A DNA stretch of 64,000 nt from Gemmatimonadales bacterium. GTDB taxonomy: Bacteria > Gemmatimonadota > Gemmatimonadetes > Gemmatimonadales > GWC2-71-9. The position numbers and the translations under genes were made by a program. Shown here one piece after another: positions 10,772 through 23,012 of this stretch; positions within the stretch are counted from its first letter, which is position 1; the number at the start of each line of letters is the position of its first letter. Location: the NCBI GenBank assembly GCA_036522875.1, contig DATDEZ010000047.1, forward strand, positions 51,988-115,987, written 5' to 3'. Below the pieces are notes generated by a model, which ran no database searches, was not told the origin of the DNA, and was given only the letters and a program-made list of their open reading frames with translations.

Positions 10772-11347
10772 CTAGGGACGACGCTCCCGGCGCGCCAGCG
10801 GCGCCTCACCACGGAGCGCAAACATCCCGCGCATGGCGGGCTTTGTGCCGCTGAGCCACAGCGTGGGCCCGATCACGATCGCGAAGTGCGGCGCGTCTCC
10901 GCTCCCCAGACTGAACGCCGGCAGCACTGAAACCGCCGCCCAATGCGTGCCCTGGCTGAGCGGTGACTTCGACGCCGCGTAGCCGCTCAGCTCGAACGTC
11001 ACGTCGAATCCCAGTCCGGTCCCGTGCTCTTCGGTGCCGAACTCGGCGATCGCGTTCATCTTGGTGCGCGCGGAGAGTGTGGCGGCTACGACCGCGCCTC
11101 CGGTGCCACCCAGCATCGTCTTTTCGTTCACGAAGGCGCCGACGCGCGCGCCGACCGACAGCGCCGCGAACCCATGGCGCGGACGATGGGCGAATCCGAA
11201 CTCGACCGATTCGATTTCCCAGCCGTCGCCCAGCGTCGCGACATAGCCGAAGCCGACCGCGTTGGACCGGGTAATCTGTGCCTGGGCAGCGAGCGTCGGC
11301 GTCGCAGCTCCACAGCCAAGCAGCAACACCGCGATGAAACGGTGCAC
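10772..11347 (-). CDS. Hypothetical secreted beta-rich protein
   Basis: Signal peptide MHRFIAVLLLGCGAATPTLAAQA, then alternating hydrophobic/Gly-rich beta-like segments. No recognisable motif. Confidence 0.5.
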   Translation of the reverse strand: MHRFIAVLLLGCGAATPTLAAQAQITRSNAVGFGYVATLGDGWEIESVEFGFAHRPRHGFAALSVGARVGAFVNEKTMLGGTGGAVVAATLSARTKMNAIAEFGTEEHGTGLGFDVTFELSGYAASKSPLSQGTHWAAVSVLPAFSLGSGDAPHFAIVIGPTLWLSGTKPAMRGMFALRGEAPLARRERRP

Positions 11348-11468
11348 GTGTGTTCTCCCAGCAGATCGAACTTCCCAAGCGGTGTGCTACGAAATGCAGC
11401 ACGGTTGCCGGACCACGGGAAGTCTCGCAGGGGTCGTCTCGCAACTTCTGAGCCATTGCAACTGGAGT

Positions 11469-12281
11469 TTAGAGACGAGCTCGTGCGCCGCTGATACGCA
11501 GGCCGTGCATCACGTAGCGCTGGGCCACAAGGCCCGCGATGAGAACGGGGAGCGTCACCAACACTGCCGCGGCCATCTGATACGGTGCGTTGGCGACGTA
11601 CGCACCATGGAAGCGGAGCAGCGCGAGCTCCGCGACTTCAACGCGGGGCGATCGCGTGATCACGAGAGGCCAGAGGAAGTTGCGCCACTGGTCCACGAAG
11701 GCGAGCACCGCGATCGCCAGCACGGCAGGACGGACCAGCGGCAGCGTGACGCGCCAGAACACGGTCCACTCTCCCGCGCCGTCGAGGCGCGCCGCATCCT
11801 CGACCTCACGCGGCAGCGCGGTGAACGCCTGGCGCATGAGCAGGATCCCCCAGATCGACACCAGCTCCGTCGAGACCAGCCCCGGATACGTGTCTACCCA
11901 GCCGAGCGTGACCATCAGGAGATAGCGCGGAATGACGAGCAGGATGGTTGGCACCGCGAGCAGTCCGAAGAGCATCGCGAGCACGCCGTTGCTGCCCGCA
12001 AAGCGCATGCGGGCGAGCGCATAGCCGGCGGCGGCGCTGGTCAGCAGCTGGCCCAGCATGACACATCCCGCGAGGATCGCCGTGTTTGCCAGGACACGCC
12101 CATACGGCAGTGCGACGAGGGCCGCGGCGTAATTGTCGAGCGTGGCTGTTGCGGGGAGGAGCGGCGGTGGCCAGCGCAGCAGATCCGTCTCGCCCATGAA
12201 CGAGACCGAAAGCATATAGAAGAAGGGCGCAACCATGATCGCAGCCGCCAGCACCACGAGTACGATCGCGACCTTACGCAT
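11469..12281 (-). CDS. ABC transporter permease, MalG/CUT1-like
   Basis: EAA loop LPREVEDAARLDGAGEWTVFWRVTLP. Six TM segments. The start MRKVAIV at 12281 overlaps the upstream stop. Confidence 0.85.
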   Translation of the reverse strand: MRKVAIVLVVLAAAIMVAPFFYMLSVSFMGETDLLRWPPPLLPATATLDNYAAALVALPYGRVLANTAILAGCVMLGQLLTSAAAGYALARMRFAGSNGVLAMLFGLLAVPTILLVIPRYLLMVTLGWVDTYPGLVSTELVSIWGILLMRQAFTALPREVEDAARLDGAGEWTVFWRVTLPLVRPAVLAIAVLAFVDQWRNFLWPLVITRSPRVEVAELALLRFHGAYVANAPYQMAAAVLVTLPVLIAGLVAQRYVMHGLRISGARARL

Positions 12282-14070
12282 TCTGCCCCCGCACGATCCT
12301 GACTTGCGGCCAACGCAGCACGACGAGCGCAAACAGGAGCAGCAGCGCGATCGCACTCCCGATCCCGAACGCTTGTGAGCTCCACGCCGCCGCGTAACTG
12401 CCGGTGACGACGGTCACGATGCCCGGCGGCTTCAAGACGTACACGAGCGTGAACATCTGCATGGCGCTGATCAATCCGGTCACGAGCACGAGACCGAGCA
12501 CGGGACGCAGGAGCGGGAGCGTGATCCGAAACAGGCGCCGCCACGCACCCGCGCCGTCGACGCGCGCGGCATCGAGAAACTCGCGCGGGATGCGATGGAG
12601 ACCCGCCAGCAACACGAGCATCTGACCGCCCACATGTGCCCACATCGAGAGCAGCATGAGGGCCGGCAGTGCGGTTCGGGGATCGCTCAACCAGTCGGCC
12701 TGCCCCAGCCCGAACGAGGCGGCGCGCGCGATGACTTGCCACACGAGCGCCACCGCCACGACCGACGAGACATACGGAGCGACGAACGCGGCGCTGAGCA
12801 GCCGTCCGACCCAGCGGTCGCGATAGCGATGCACGGCCAGCGCGCCGCCGAGCGCGACGACAATGGATACGGGGACATAGAGGGCATACATGAGCGTCGT
12901 GCGAAACGACGTCCACGTTGCCGGATCCCGGAGCACGGCCGGCAGGCCGGCGCGGCCGGCCAGCCATATCGCGTAGGCCGTCGGCGCGATCGTGAACACG
13001 GCGAGATGAAGCACGGCCGGGGCGAGGAATGTCCAGGCGATGCTATTCTCGCGTCGCTCACGCGGCGCGGTTCGCTCGGCCCAGCGCAGCATCCAGATGG
13101 CGAGGGGCCCGAGCAACGCGCACGGCAGCAGCACGAGCAGCCAGGGCGGTGCCGTCCGCTCCGCCGGCGCCGAGCGGAGCTCGACCCAGCGAGCGGGGCC
13201 GATGAGAACCGCGACGACGGCCTTCGGTGTGCCGTCGACGACTACACGACGTGCGGCCGACTCACCGGGCTCACCGGCGACCACGTCGCCGTCGCGCACG
13301 AGCGCGGCGAGATCCTCGATGCTCACGCGCGTGCGTGGGGCGGGCAGGCGCGTAGCCGCTTCTTGAAGTAAGCGGCGGGCGTCGAAGAGCCAGCGATCGG
13401 TGCTCGTCTTCGCCGCGTAGCGCACATCGACGTATGACGCGACGGCGAGAATCACGGCCGCACCGGCATAGCCCCCGCGGCGCAGCGAGCGCGCGCGCCA
13501 CGCGACGACGCCCGCCGCCGCGATCGCCAGCAGCGCGGCCGGGATGACGAAGCCGAAGCCGCCGGGGAGCGGTCCGTTCGCTCCGCGATGCAGCCGCACG
13601 GCCACGGCACCGACGACGCGTTTGCCGTCGCGATCCGGCAAGGGAACGAGCGCCGCACCCTCGCGCCAGCGACCGTCGGTCGCCTGCAGCGCACGCAGAT
13701 CGTCGGGCGACAACGGCGGCGCCGTGGCGTCGACGAGTGGCGCCGTTCCGTAGTAGACCTCCACGTCGGAAGAGAACCCCGGGAGCGTGCGGAGTGCGCG
13801 CGATTGGGTCAGCAATGACGGGAGATCGTAATTCTTTGCGACGACCAACGGCTGCGGCGCCACAGGGGCCGCGCGCTTTGGACGGCGTGGCTCCGCCGGC
13901 GGCGGCGGCGGTGGCGTAACCGCGGCAATGTACGCGGCGGTGGTCCGCGCGATCCGAAAGGCGAAGGCGTGTTGATAGTGACGCTGCGCCACATGCACTA
14001 CGACGACCGTCAGCCCCGCAGACAGCGTTGCGAGGAGTGTCGCGCCTGAGGCCCAGCGTGGCCGGCTCAT
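12274..14070 (-). CDS. ABC transporter permease (MalF/CUT1-like) fused to an N-terminal extension of about 330 aa with unknown function
   Basis: The C-terminal half has the EAA loop IPREFLDAARVDGAGAWRRLFRITLP. The N-terminal part has a TM, a PPPPPPAEPRRPKRAAP linker, a soluble region, two more TM segments and another soluble region. The start MSRPRW at 14070 overlaps the ATPase stop (ATGA). Confidence 0.75.
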   Translation of the reverse strand: MSRPRWASGATLLATLSAGLTVVVVHVAQRHYQHAFAFRIARTTAAYIAAVTPPPPPPAEPRRPKRAAPVAPQPLVVAKNYDLPSLLTQSRALRTLPGFSSDVEVYYGTAPLVDATAPPLSPDDLRALQATDGRWREGAALVPLPDRDGKRVVGAVAVRLHRGANGPLPGGFGFVIPAALLAIAAAGVVAWRARSLRRGGYAGAAVILAVASYVDVRYAAKTSTDRWLFDARRLLQEAATRLPAPRTRVSIEDLAALVRDGDVVAGEPGESAARRVVVDGTPKAVVAVLIGPARWVELRSAPAERTAPPWLLVLLPCALLGPLAIWMLRWAERTAPRERRENSIAWTFLAPAVLHLAVFTIAPTAYAIWLAGRAGLPAVLRDPATWTSFRTTLMYALYVPVSIVVALGGALAVHRYRDRWVGRLLSAAFVAPYVSSVVAVALVWQVIARAASFGLGQADWLSDPRTALPALMLLSMWAHVGGQMLVLLAGLHRIPREFLDAARVDGAGAWRRLFRITLPLLRPVLGLVLVTGLISAMQMFTLVYVLKPPGIVTVVTGSYAAAWSSQAFGIGSAIALLLLFALVVLRWPQVRIVRGQNA

Positions 14071-15134
14071 CCGAGGGGCGTGCCCGCCGCGTCGAAGAGA
14101 TACAGCCGCCGGCGATCGAGCTTCAGACCGACGCGCGTGCCGACCCGCACATCGGAAAATCCGGGGACACGGGCGACCAGGGGTTGTCCGCCCGCGTTGA
14201 GATGAATCAGGGTTTCGCTGCCCAGCGGCTCGACCACCAACACGTCGCCATTGCCGACGCCCTTGTCCACGGCGCACAGTCCGACGAACTCGGGCCGGAT
14301 CCCGACCTGCAGCTCGCCCTCGTACGTCGAGAGCTCGATGGGAATGGCGAGACTGCCAGCCTCGATGACCCGCCCGCCGTCGCTCGTCCCGCGCCCCCTC
14401 CCCTGCAACACATTCATCCCCGGCGTACCGACAAACCGGGCGACATGCACGTCGGCGGGACGCTGGTAGACCTCTTCCGGCGTGCCGACCTGCCGTAGCC
14501 GCCCTTCGTGCAGCACGGCGATACGGTCACCCATCGTCATCGCTTCGGTCTGATCGTGGGTCACGTAGATCATCGTGGCGCCGAGGGCCCGATGCAGCGC
14601 GAGGAGCTCCCCGCGGAGCTCGATGCGCAATTTCGCGTCGAGGCGCGACAGGGGCTCGTCGAGCAGAAAGACTTGCGGCCCGCGCACGATCGCGCGCCCC
14701 AGCGCGGCGCGTTGGCGCTCACCCTCGGAAAGCTGGGTCGGCAGGCGATCGAGCAAACTGCTGAGGCCGAGCCGCGTCGCGGCCTCGACGACGCGACGCG
14801 TCACCTGCGCCGGCGCGAGGCCACGGACTTCGAGCGGGAAGGCGATGTTTTCGCGGATCGTCAGATGGGGATAGAGCGCGGGACTCTGGAACACCATCGC
14901 GACATCCCGCTCGGCGGGCCGCACGTGGGTCACGACGCGATCGCCGATCACGACGTCGCCGCTGGTCGGCTCATCCAGGCCGGCGATGCAACGCAGCACC
15001 GTCGTCTTGCCCGATCCCGACGGTCCCAGCACGACGAGGAGCTCGCCGTCCCGCACCTCGAGATCCAGGTGATGCAACGCCTGGACGCCGCCGTCGAAGA
15101 CTTTGCTCAGCCGGCGGAGCGTGATCGACGCCAT
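14067..15134 (-). CDS. ABC transporter ATP-binding protein, MalK/UgpC-like
   Basis: Walker A GPSGSGKTT, signature LSEGERQR, Walker B VFLLDEPLS, and a C-terminal MalK-type regulatory domain. Confidence 0.9.
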   Translation of the reverse strand: MASITLRRLSKVFDGGVQALHHLDLEVRDGELLVVLGPSGSGKTTVLRCIAGLDEPTSGDVVIGDRVVTHVRPAERDVAMVFQSPALYPHLTIRENIAFPLEVRGLAPAQVTRRVVEAATRLGLSSLLDRLPTQLSEGERQRAALGRAIVRGPQVFLLDEPLSRLDAKLRIELRGELLALHRALGATMIYVTHDQTEAMTMGDRIAVLHEGRLRQVGTPEEVYQRPADVHVARFVGTPGMNVLQGRGRGTSDGGRVIEAGSLAIPIELSTYEGELQVGIRPEFVGLCAVDKGVGNGDVLVVEPLGSETLIHLNAGGQPLVARVPGFSDVRVGTRVGLKLDRRRLYLFDAAGTPLG

Positions 15135-15242
15135 TCAGGCGGCAACAGGAGTGGACGGCACGGTCGGCGACGAGCAAAATACGGAGGGAACTGCCCCGCG
15201 CAATCCGGGGTTTGACAGCCACACTACCAAGGACCGTTCGCG

Positions 15243-15860
15243 ATGGCACATTCGCTTCCGCCGCTGCCGTACGATTTCGCTGCGCTCGAACCGCATATCG
15301 ATGCGCAGACCATGCAGATCCACCACGGCAAGCATCATCAGGCCTACATCAACAATCTCAACAACGCGCTGAGCAAACACCCCGAGCTGGCGGACAAGGA
15401 TCTCGAAGACTTGCTGCGCAACCTGAGCAGCGTGCCCGACGACATTCGCACCGCGGTTCGCAACAATGCCGGCGGCCATCACAACCACTCGCTGTTCTGG
15501 ACCATCATGGCGCCCGCCGGCAAGGGCGGTGGTGGCGAGCCGAGCGGCGCGCTCGCGGACGGCATTCGGAAGACCTTCGGCGACTTCACGAAATTCAAGG
15601 AGCAGCTCACCGCCGCGGCGACCGGCCAGTTCGGCAGCGGCTGGGGATGGCTGACCGTCGCCAACGGCAAGCTCGAAATCGGCGGCCGGCCCAACCAGGA
15701 CAGCCCGCTCATGGACAAGAAGGTCCCGATCCTCGGCGTGGACGTCTGGGAGCACGCCTACTACCTGAAATACCAGAACCGCCGGCCCGATTACGTCGCG
15801 GCGTGGTGGAACGTCGTGAATTGGCGTGAAGTCGCGCGGCGCTACGAGGCCGCGTTATAG
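15243..15860 (+). CDS. sodA: Fe/Mn superoxide dismutase
   Basis: [36 protein letters not shown] and [15 protein letters not shown] are canonical Fe/Mn-SOD motifs. Confidence 0.95.
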   Translation: MAHSLPPLPYDFAALEPHIDAQTMQIHHGKHHQAYINNLNNALSKHPELADKDLEDLLRNLSSVPDDIRTAVRNNAGGHHNHSLFWTIMAPAGKGGGGEPSGALADGIRKTFGDFTKFKEQLTAAATGQFGSGWGWLTVANGKLEIGGRPNQDSPLMDKKVPILGVDVWEHAYYLKYQNRRPDYVAAWWNVVNWREVARRYEAAL

Positions 15861-16229
15861 ACGATCGGCGCGGCCCGCGCAGACCCGGTTGACGGTCGTG
15901 CGCAGCAGCTCGAGGTCGATCGGCTTGGACAGCACCTCTTCGACCTCGAGGTGCGCACCGGACCACTCGCGTGTCGCGGCTGAGAGCAGAACGACGGGAA
16001 TGGCCTGCAGGCGCGGCGTGCGCCGCAACACACCGAGAAACTGCTTGCCGTCCATCACCGGCATCTTGTAGTCCAGCAGAATCAGGTCCGGCGGCTCCAT
16101 TTTCTCGAGCACGTGGAGCGCGTGCTGACCGTCGCGGGCGGTGTGGACGAGAAACCCCTCGCCGGTGAGGAATTCCCGCAACATCATCCGCGTATCGCCG
16201 TCATCTTCCACGATGAGAATGGAACGCAT
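15855..16229 (-). CDS. Single-domain response regulator (CheY-like receiver)
   Basis: Starts at [10 protein letters not shown] (ATG 16229, GGGAGG upstream). Phospho-acceptor context [13 protein letters not shown]. No output domain. Confidence 0.8.
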   Translation of the reverse strand: MRSILIVEDDGDTRMMLREFLTGEGFLVHTARDGQHALHVLEKMEPPDLILLDYKMPVMDGKQFLGVLRRTPRLQAIPVVLLSAATREWSGAHLEVEEVLSKPIDLELLRTTVNRVCAGRADRL

Positions 16230-16402
16230 ACTACCCCGCCTCCCCCGCCCCACAGGCCATTGTCGCTTCGCTCGGCGAATCGTGTGACTCTAATGCCACA
16301 CGCACCAAGGGCTAGGCCCGTAGGGTTTAGTTCTTCGGGTTTAGAGGAGGACGAGACGCGCGTCACAACAAAAATGGCTGCGTACCGGCGAGGCGAAGCT
16401 GC

Positions 16403-16852
16403 TTACGACGCGACACCGATTCGCCCGCCCTCGAGCCGCCGCCCACCCGCCAATCCGCGGCGCGCGCGCACGTGCACATGCACGGCGTGCGTGCCGTCGC
16501 AGATGTGGCGCACCAGCTCGAGCAGGCGCTGCAGGTCTACCGGCTTCGACAACACTTCAACCGCATCGAGTCGTGAGGGAATCCACTCCCGCGTCCACGC
16601 CGAGAGCACGACGACCGGAATGCAGCGGATGCGGGGATTGCGGCGCTTGCGATCGAGGAATCGGCTGCCGCTCATGCCCGGCATGAGGTAGTCGAGGAGA
16701 ATCACATCCGGCGCGTCGATCTTTGACAGCAGCTGTAGCGCGTGGCGGCCGTCGCGCGCCACGTGCACCGTGTATCCCTGGTCGACGAGAAATTCCCCGA
16801 GCAGCGCACGAATGTCCGGATCATCGTCGATGATGAGAATAGATATCGCCAC
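16403..16852 (-). CDS. Single-domain response regulator (CheY-like receiver) with a short basic tail
   Basis: MAISILIIDDDPD and VILLDYLMPGMSG. It is a paralog of the adjacent receiver (shared ...VLSKP.DL..L motif). Confidence 0.8.
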   Translation of the reverse strand: MAISILIIDDDPDIRALLGEFLVDQGYTVHVARDGRHALQLLSKIDAPDVILLDYLMPGMSGSRFLDRKRRNPRIRCIPVVVLSAWTREWIPSRLDAVEVLSKPVDLQRLLELVRHICDGTHAVHVHVRARRGLAGGRRLEGGRIGVAS

Positions 16853-16915
16853 AGGGCGAAAATTAACGGCGGTGTTTCAATTTAGCCTCGCCCGTTCGAC
16901 GTAAGTCGCTGCAAT

Positions 16916-17161
16916 TCATTCGTCGAGCGGCGAGGCTGAGATCTCCGCGTTGCCTTCTTCGTCGTACGACACCGTTACGCGCCACGGCCGACAACAGACC
17001 TGGCAGTCTTCGACGTAATCTTGATGCGCGCCACCGCCCGCATCGATGCCGACTTCATTGGGTTCGCCGCAGTACGGACACACGACCACGCCTTCCGTCT
17101 CGGCCGTGCCGTCGCCAAGCGGGAAGTCTTCGTCGAGATCGTCGTCTGCGAAATCGACCAT
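16916..17161 (-). CDS. CPXCG-motif cysteine-rich small protein
   Basis: CPYCG...CQVCCRPW arrangement characteristic of the CPXCG zinc-binding family. 81 aa. Confidence 0.7.
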   Translation of the reverse strand: MVDFADDDLDEDFPLGDGTAETEGVVVCPYCGEPNEVGIDAGGGAHQDYVEDCQVCCRPWRVTVSYDEEGNAEISASPLDE

Positions 17162-17164
17162 CGC

Positions 17165-17689
17165 TTAATTCCACCCCTTGCGCTGGCGTAGTGCCGTGAC
17201 GTGTGCCGTGTGATGCCGGCCGTGCCACGCATAGAGCCCGAGCATGGTATCGAGTGACGGCAGCCCCCAATCCGGGTGCTTGATCGTGCGCGCGAAATCG
17301 TCGGCGCGCATGCCGCGCAGCAGCGCGACCCAGCGAAGATGCAATGAGGTCAGGAGATCGAGCGACATCGCAATCGGCGAGCGCGTGTCCGGCGTCTTGG
17401 CCCAATCCTTTTCCTCGTACGTCTTGATGGCCGGCGAATCCTCGGTGAGCCCCCATTTGAACCGGATGTAGGCATTCATGTGACTGTCCGGCAGATGATG
17501 GGCAACCTGTCGCACCGTCCAGCCGCCGTCGCGATAGGGCGTATCGAGCTGCGCGTCGTTCAGGCCCGCGACCGCCTTGCGAAAGTTCGCCGGCGCCGCA
17601 ACGATCTGCTCGATGCATGCGCTGCGCTCGGCCGCGCTCATCGCCGGCACGGGCGTGTACTTGCCGATCGGGTAGCGCTCGTCCGTCAT
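17165..17689 (-). CDS. DinB/YfiT-family metal-dependent hydrolase (bacillithiol-transferase-like)
   Basis: Starts at MTDERYPIGKY (ATG 17689, ATGA overlap with the upstream stop). His triad contexts VAHHLPDSHMN and WHGRHHTAHV. Confidence 0.75.
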   Translation of the reverse strand: MTDERYPIGKYTPVPAMSAAERSACIEQIVAAPANFRKAVAGLNDAQLDTPYRDGGWTVRQVAHHLPDSHMNAYIRFKWGLTEDSPAIKTYEEKDWAKTPDTRSPIAMSLDLLTSLHLRWVALLRGMRADDFARTIKHPDWGLPSLDTMLGLYAWHGRHHTAHVTALRQRKGWN

Positions 17690-18285
17690 TGATCCACTCG
17701 CCACGTTGTCGACCATTCCGTGGTCCCCCACTTGATCAGCAAGGTTCCGCGCAGCTCCGCATATCCAGTGCGCGGCTGTGACGACTCGGGGACGAGATAC
17801 ACCGACAGCGCCGGCTCCGCTTCCGCCATGGTGCGGCTCGTCAATGCGACTCGACCGAGATCCTTCGTGGCGTCGTGATCGGTCCCCCACTGCCCCGTGC
17901 CGCGGTTCACGATCAGTGCGGCGCCGCTGCGGCCGTACAACAGAAATAATGAATAGTCGCCGCGCGCAAGCTTGAGGTCGCCCAGTGTGATGTCGAGATC
18001 GGTGTGCAGCGTCGTCGCCATGTTCGCGCCGAGCCGCCAGACGGTGTCGAGCGGGACGAGCCCGCCTTCGATTTTCCGCCCGCGCGCGTGCGGCTGCCCG
18101 TACGTGATCGCGATCCGCGACGGACCCGACAGGCTGGCGTCCTCCTCATACCACTGATCGCCGATGCGTCGCGCGTTGACATGGACTTCGACCGAGGCGA
18201 AGCTGCTCGCGGCAACACGGGGCGGCGGCGGCGGAGCGGGCGCCGTCGGGTTTTGCAGCACCAGAGCAAGAAACGTGGATAGCAT
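17686..18285 (-). CDS. DUF2911-like secreted protein
   Basis: Signal-like N-terminus. ITYGQPHARGRKIEGGLVPLDTVWRLGANMATTL and GDYSLFLLY resemble DUF2911. Confidence 0.6.
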   Translation of the reverse strand: MLSTFLALVLQNPTAPAPPPPPRVAASSFASVEVHVNARRIGDQWYEEDASLSGPSRIAITYGQPHARGRKIEGGLVPLDTVWRLGANMATTLHTDLDITLGDLKLARGDYSLFLLYGRSGAALIVNRGTGQWGTDHDATKDLGRVALTSRTMAEAEPALSVYLVPESSQPRTGYAELRGTLLIKWGTTEWSTTWRVDQ

Positions 18286-18293
18286 GCCGGTCC

Positions 18294-20903
<2,610 letters not shown>

Positions 20904-20951
20904 GCAGCTTACACTCCAGCAGGGCGCTGATGATTGGGGTACCGACGGAAA

Positions 20952-20975
20952 CCGGCATCGAAGATACGATGCCGG
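20952..20975 (-). terminator. Hairpin just downstream of the tRNA-Cys 3' half
   Basis: Perfect 9-bp stem CCGGCATCG/CGATGCCGG with a 6-nt loop, followed on the minus strand by TTTCC. The T-tract is weak. Confidence 0.4.
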
Positions 20976-20978
20976 AAG

Positions 20979-21020
20979 TGGAGCGGAAGGGATTCGAACC
21001 CTCGACCCCCTGGTTGCAAA
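20979..21020 (-). pseudogene. 3' half of a disrupted tRNA-Cys(GCA): anticodon loop, 3' anticodon stem, variable loop, T arm, 3' acceptor, discriminator
   Basis: Minus strand reads TTTGCAA CCAGG GGGTC GAGGG TTCGAAT CCCTT CCGCTCC A. It is complementary to the 5' half at 25825..25862. Confidence 0.85.
21014..21020. repeat. Left copy of the 7-bp junction duplication TTGCAAA (the anticodon loop)
   Basis: Identical heptamer at 25825..25831. Each copy is attached to one half of the split tRNA. Confidence 0.85.
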
Positions 21021-21161
21021 GATTAAGTGGGGAGTCGTTCCCTACTGCAAGTCACCCCGTTTTCTAGCGATCCACCTGCATCCTGCAGGGGCTCCGCGAC
21101 AAGGAATGGCAGGTTACAGAAGCAGTGTTCAGGGGAATCTCAGGGCTGAACGGGTTTTGAC

Positions 21162-22304
21162 CTATTCCAGACCCGCTTCCGGGCGCGGGAACCTATACTC
21201 AAGAAACCACTCCTGGGGATACTGTCGTCCAACGAATGTTGCCGATTCACTCCATGCAACTGTTGGCTCGCCACTAATTGGATGCTGATACACTGCCTCC
21301 TCGTCGAATCCTCTGGACAGGTCCCACTCCCACGACACGAAGCTTCCGCGCTGATATTCAGTGCTCCGTGGATAAACGCTCAGGTGGAGCATTCGTCCTT
21401 CGTCGTCCAGTGTGACCAGCATCACCCCATCCGTGCCCTCGTAAGGAACGACGAGTCCGTCATCAACCCAGAGCGGTGGGTTTGGATCACGCACCCTAAC
21501 GTACTGGCGCTTCACTGCGCGCAGCTTCTGTAGAAACTCAAGCGCGATAGTATCAGCCCGTCCGAGTGCTTCGGGGGCAAGACCGCCATGAACAAGTTCG
21601 TTGCGAGCGTCACTAACTATCGAAGTGATCCTTCCCAACTCCTCAGGGATCACGCCTTTGCGGACGAGATGCTTTGCAAGAGGGAAAGCCCGGTACTCTT
21701 TCCAATCGACTCGTTGCGGAAGGTTCCCAGAATTTCCAGCGAGCAGAATTAGCTCAATGCGAATCTGTTCCACTGCCCATAGTAAACGCTCGGTCGGATT
21801 CGTAGGTAGTATCGGAGCCCGTCCTACCAAGATCCTCGGTGCGCGTCCTTCAATCGCAGCGTCCGCTGGTTGCGGCTCGATAATGACAGGCGCAGGGGGT
21901 GCCTTGGTGGGGGGCGGACTTGGTTCCGCAGCTCCAGGAGGAAGTTCGACGCGTTCAACCTTGCCGCTGATTTCCTGCAACTCGCGCTCTACGAACGAGG
22001 CCTTGAAGCCTCCCCAGCCCACTTCTTTGATGCGACCGAATATTAGGAGGACTGCAACGCCAATCAGACCAACAGAGAGAGCATCTAGCGGCGCGCCCCA
22101 GAGTATTCGGAGTTCGGCCACTATTAGGCATCCGCCCACCACAGACCAGCGCGCCGGGCGCGAGAAGGACAAGAGCGCGCGCTCGTTATCGCTCTCAGTT
22201 GGTGCAGGAATCTTCTGATCTACGGACTCTGTCATTACCACTCGGGCAGTGGAGATAGGTTCAAGCACCTTCTCTGGCGGCAACAAAACTAGCTCCCCTT
22301 CCAT
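21162..22304 (-). CDS. Island protein A: 2-TM membrane anchor, Pro-rich linker, HEPN/DUF4145-like domain (ARNELVH), unknown beta-rich C-terminal domain
   Basis: TM segments WSVVGGCLIVAELRILWG and LSVGLIGVAVLLIFG. Linker PPGAAEPSPPPTKAPPAPVIIEPQP. LVRKGVIPEELGRITSIVSDARNELVHGG matches the L..g.I....l..iR..N..H end of DUF4145/HEPN. Confidence 0.6.
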   Translation of the reverse strand: MEGELVLLPPEKVLEPISTARVVMTESVDQKIPAPTESDNERALLSFSRPARWSVVGGCLIVAELRILWGAPLDALSVGLIGVAVLLIFGRIKEVGWGGFKASFVERELQEISGKVERVELPPGAAEPSPPPTKAPPAPVIIEPQPADAAIEGRAPRILVGRAPILPTNPTERLLWAVEQIRIELILLAGNSGNLPQRVDWKEYRAFPLAKHLVRKGVIPEELGRITSIVSDARNELVHGGLAPEALGRADTIALEFLQKLRAVKRQYVRVRDPNPPLWVDDGLVVPYEGTDGVMLVTLDDEGRMLHLSVYPRSTEYQRGSFVSWEWDLSRGFDEEAVYQHPISGEPTVAWSESATFVGRQYPQEWFLEYRFPRPEAGLE

Positions 22305-22384
22305 AACGCTGTTCCAGCTCGTAACTTCAAGTGTTCGGTTTTTGATCGGGTGTCACAGAACCGCCACGGGAAGGGGTTGGGCAG

Positions 22385-23002
22385 ATGGCAAAGACATTCG
22401 TGAAGCGCAGCGAAGGCAGTGGAGGCGGCGAGTTTCGGTTCATCATGGTGGAAGCGAAGCAGTGGCAGGGCGACATGGGCGAGATCGCTCAGGTCATCGC
22501 GAATTTGGTTCGCCCGGCTCAGCAGGCTCAGCGACTGATTTCTGCACCGGCTCGTCCCGATGTTGGAAACGGCGGGGACGGCGGTGAGATCTCTGCCGAG
22601 CAGCCCACGGATGAGTCAGAGACTCAGCCCACGGAAGAAATCGAGCTGACGCCTCGGACCAGCGCGAAGCCCAGGAAGAATCCAATCCCCAAGGTTCTCG
22701 ATCTTGACCTGGAGAGCGGAGAGGTTTCGTGGAAGGACTTCGCCACGAAGAAGGCACCGACCAGCGTGCTCGCCAAGCACCTCGCAGTTGCCTACTGGTT
22801 TAAGACGAACCGGGGTATCGACGGCGTGACCGCGGATCATGCGTATACGTGTTACCGCAAGGCCGGTTGGCCGACGAATATTGCCCGTTTCGGCCAGCCG
22901 TTTCAGGACCTCACTCGTGCGCGGAAGGGCGAGATCAAAGACGGAATCTTTCGGATCAATCAGATTGGTGAAGATCAGGTACGGGAGATGGGCGCTGAGT
23001 AG
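22385..23002 (+). CDS. Island protein B: small N-terminal domain, acidic disordered linker, C-terminal wHTH-like module
   Basis: AAGGGG-type RBS upstream. Linker EISAEQPTDESETQPTEEIELTP. The C-terminal AVAYWFKTNRGIDGVTADHAYTCY... is paralogous to the N-terminus of protein C. Confidence 0.55.
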   Translation: MAKTFVKRSEGSGGGEFRFIMVEAKQWQGDMGEIAQVIANLVRPAQQAQRLISAPARPDVGNGGDGGEISAEQPTDESETQPTEEIELTPRTSAKPRKNPIPKVLDLDLESGEVSWKDFATKKAPTSVLAKHLAVAYWFKTNRGIDGVTADHAYTCYRKAGWPTNIARFGQPFQDLTRARKGEIKDGIFRINQIGEDQVREMGAE

Positions 23003-23012
23003 AAGGGATTGA

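Noticed and set aside
15211-15242. A TTGACA hexamer 27 nt upstream of the sodA ATG, considered as a -35 element.
   Set aside because: No acceptable -10 hexamer sits at 16-18 nt spacing, and the promoter consensus for this lineage is unknown to me.
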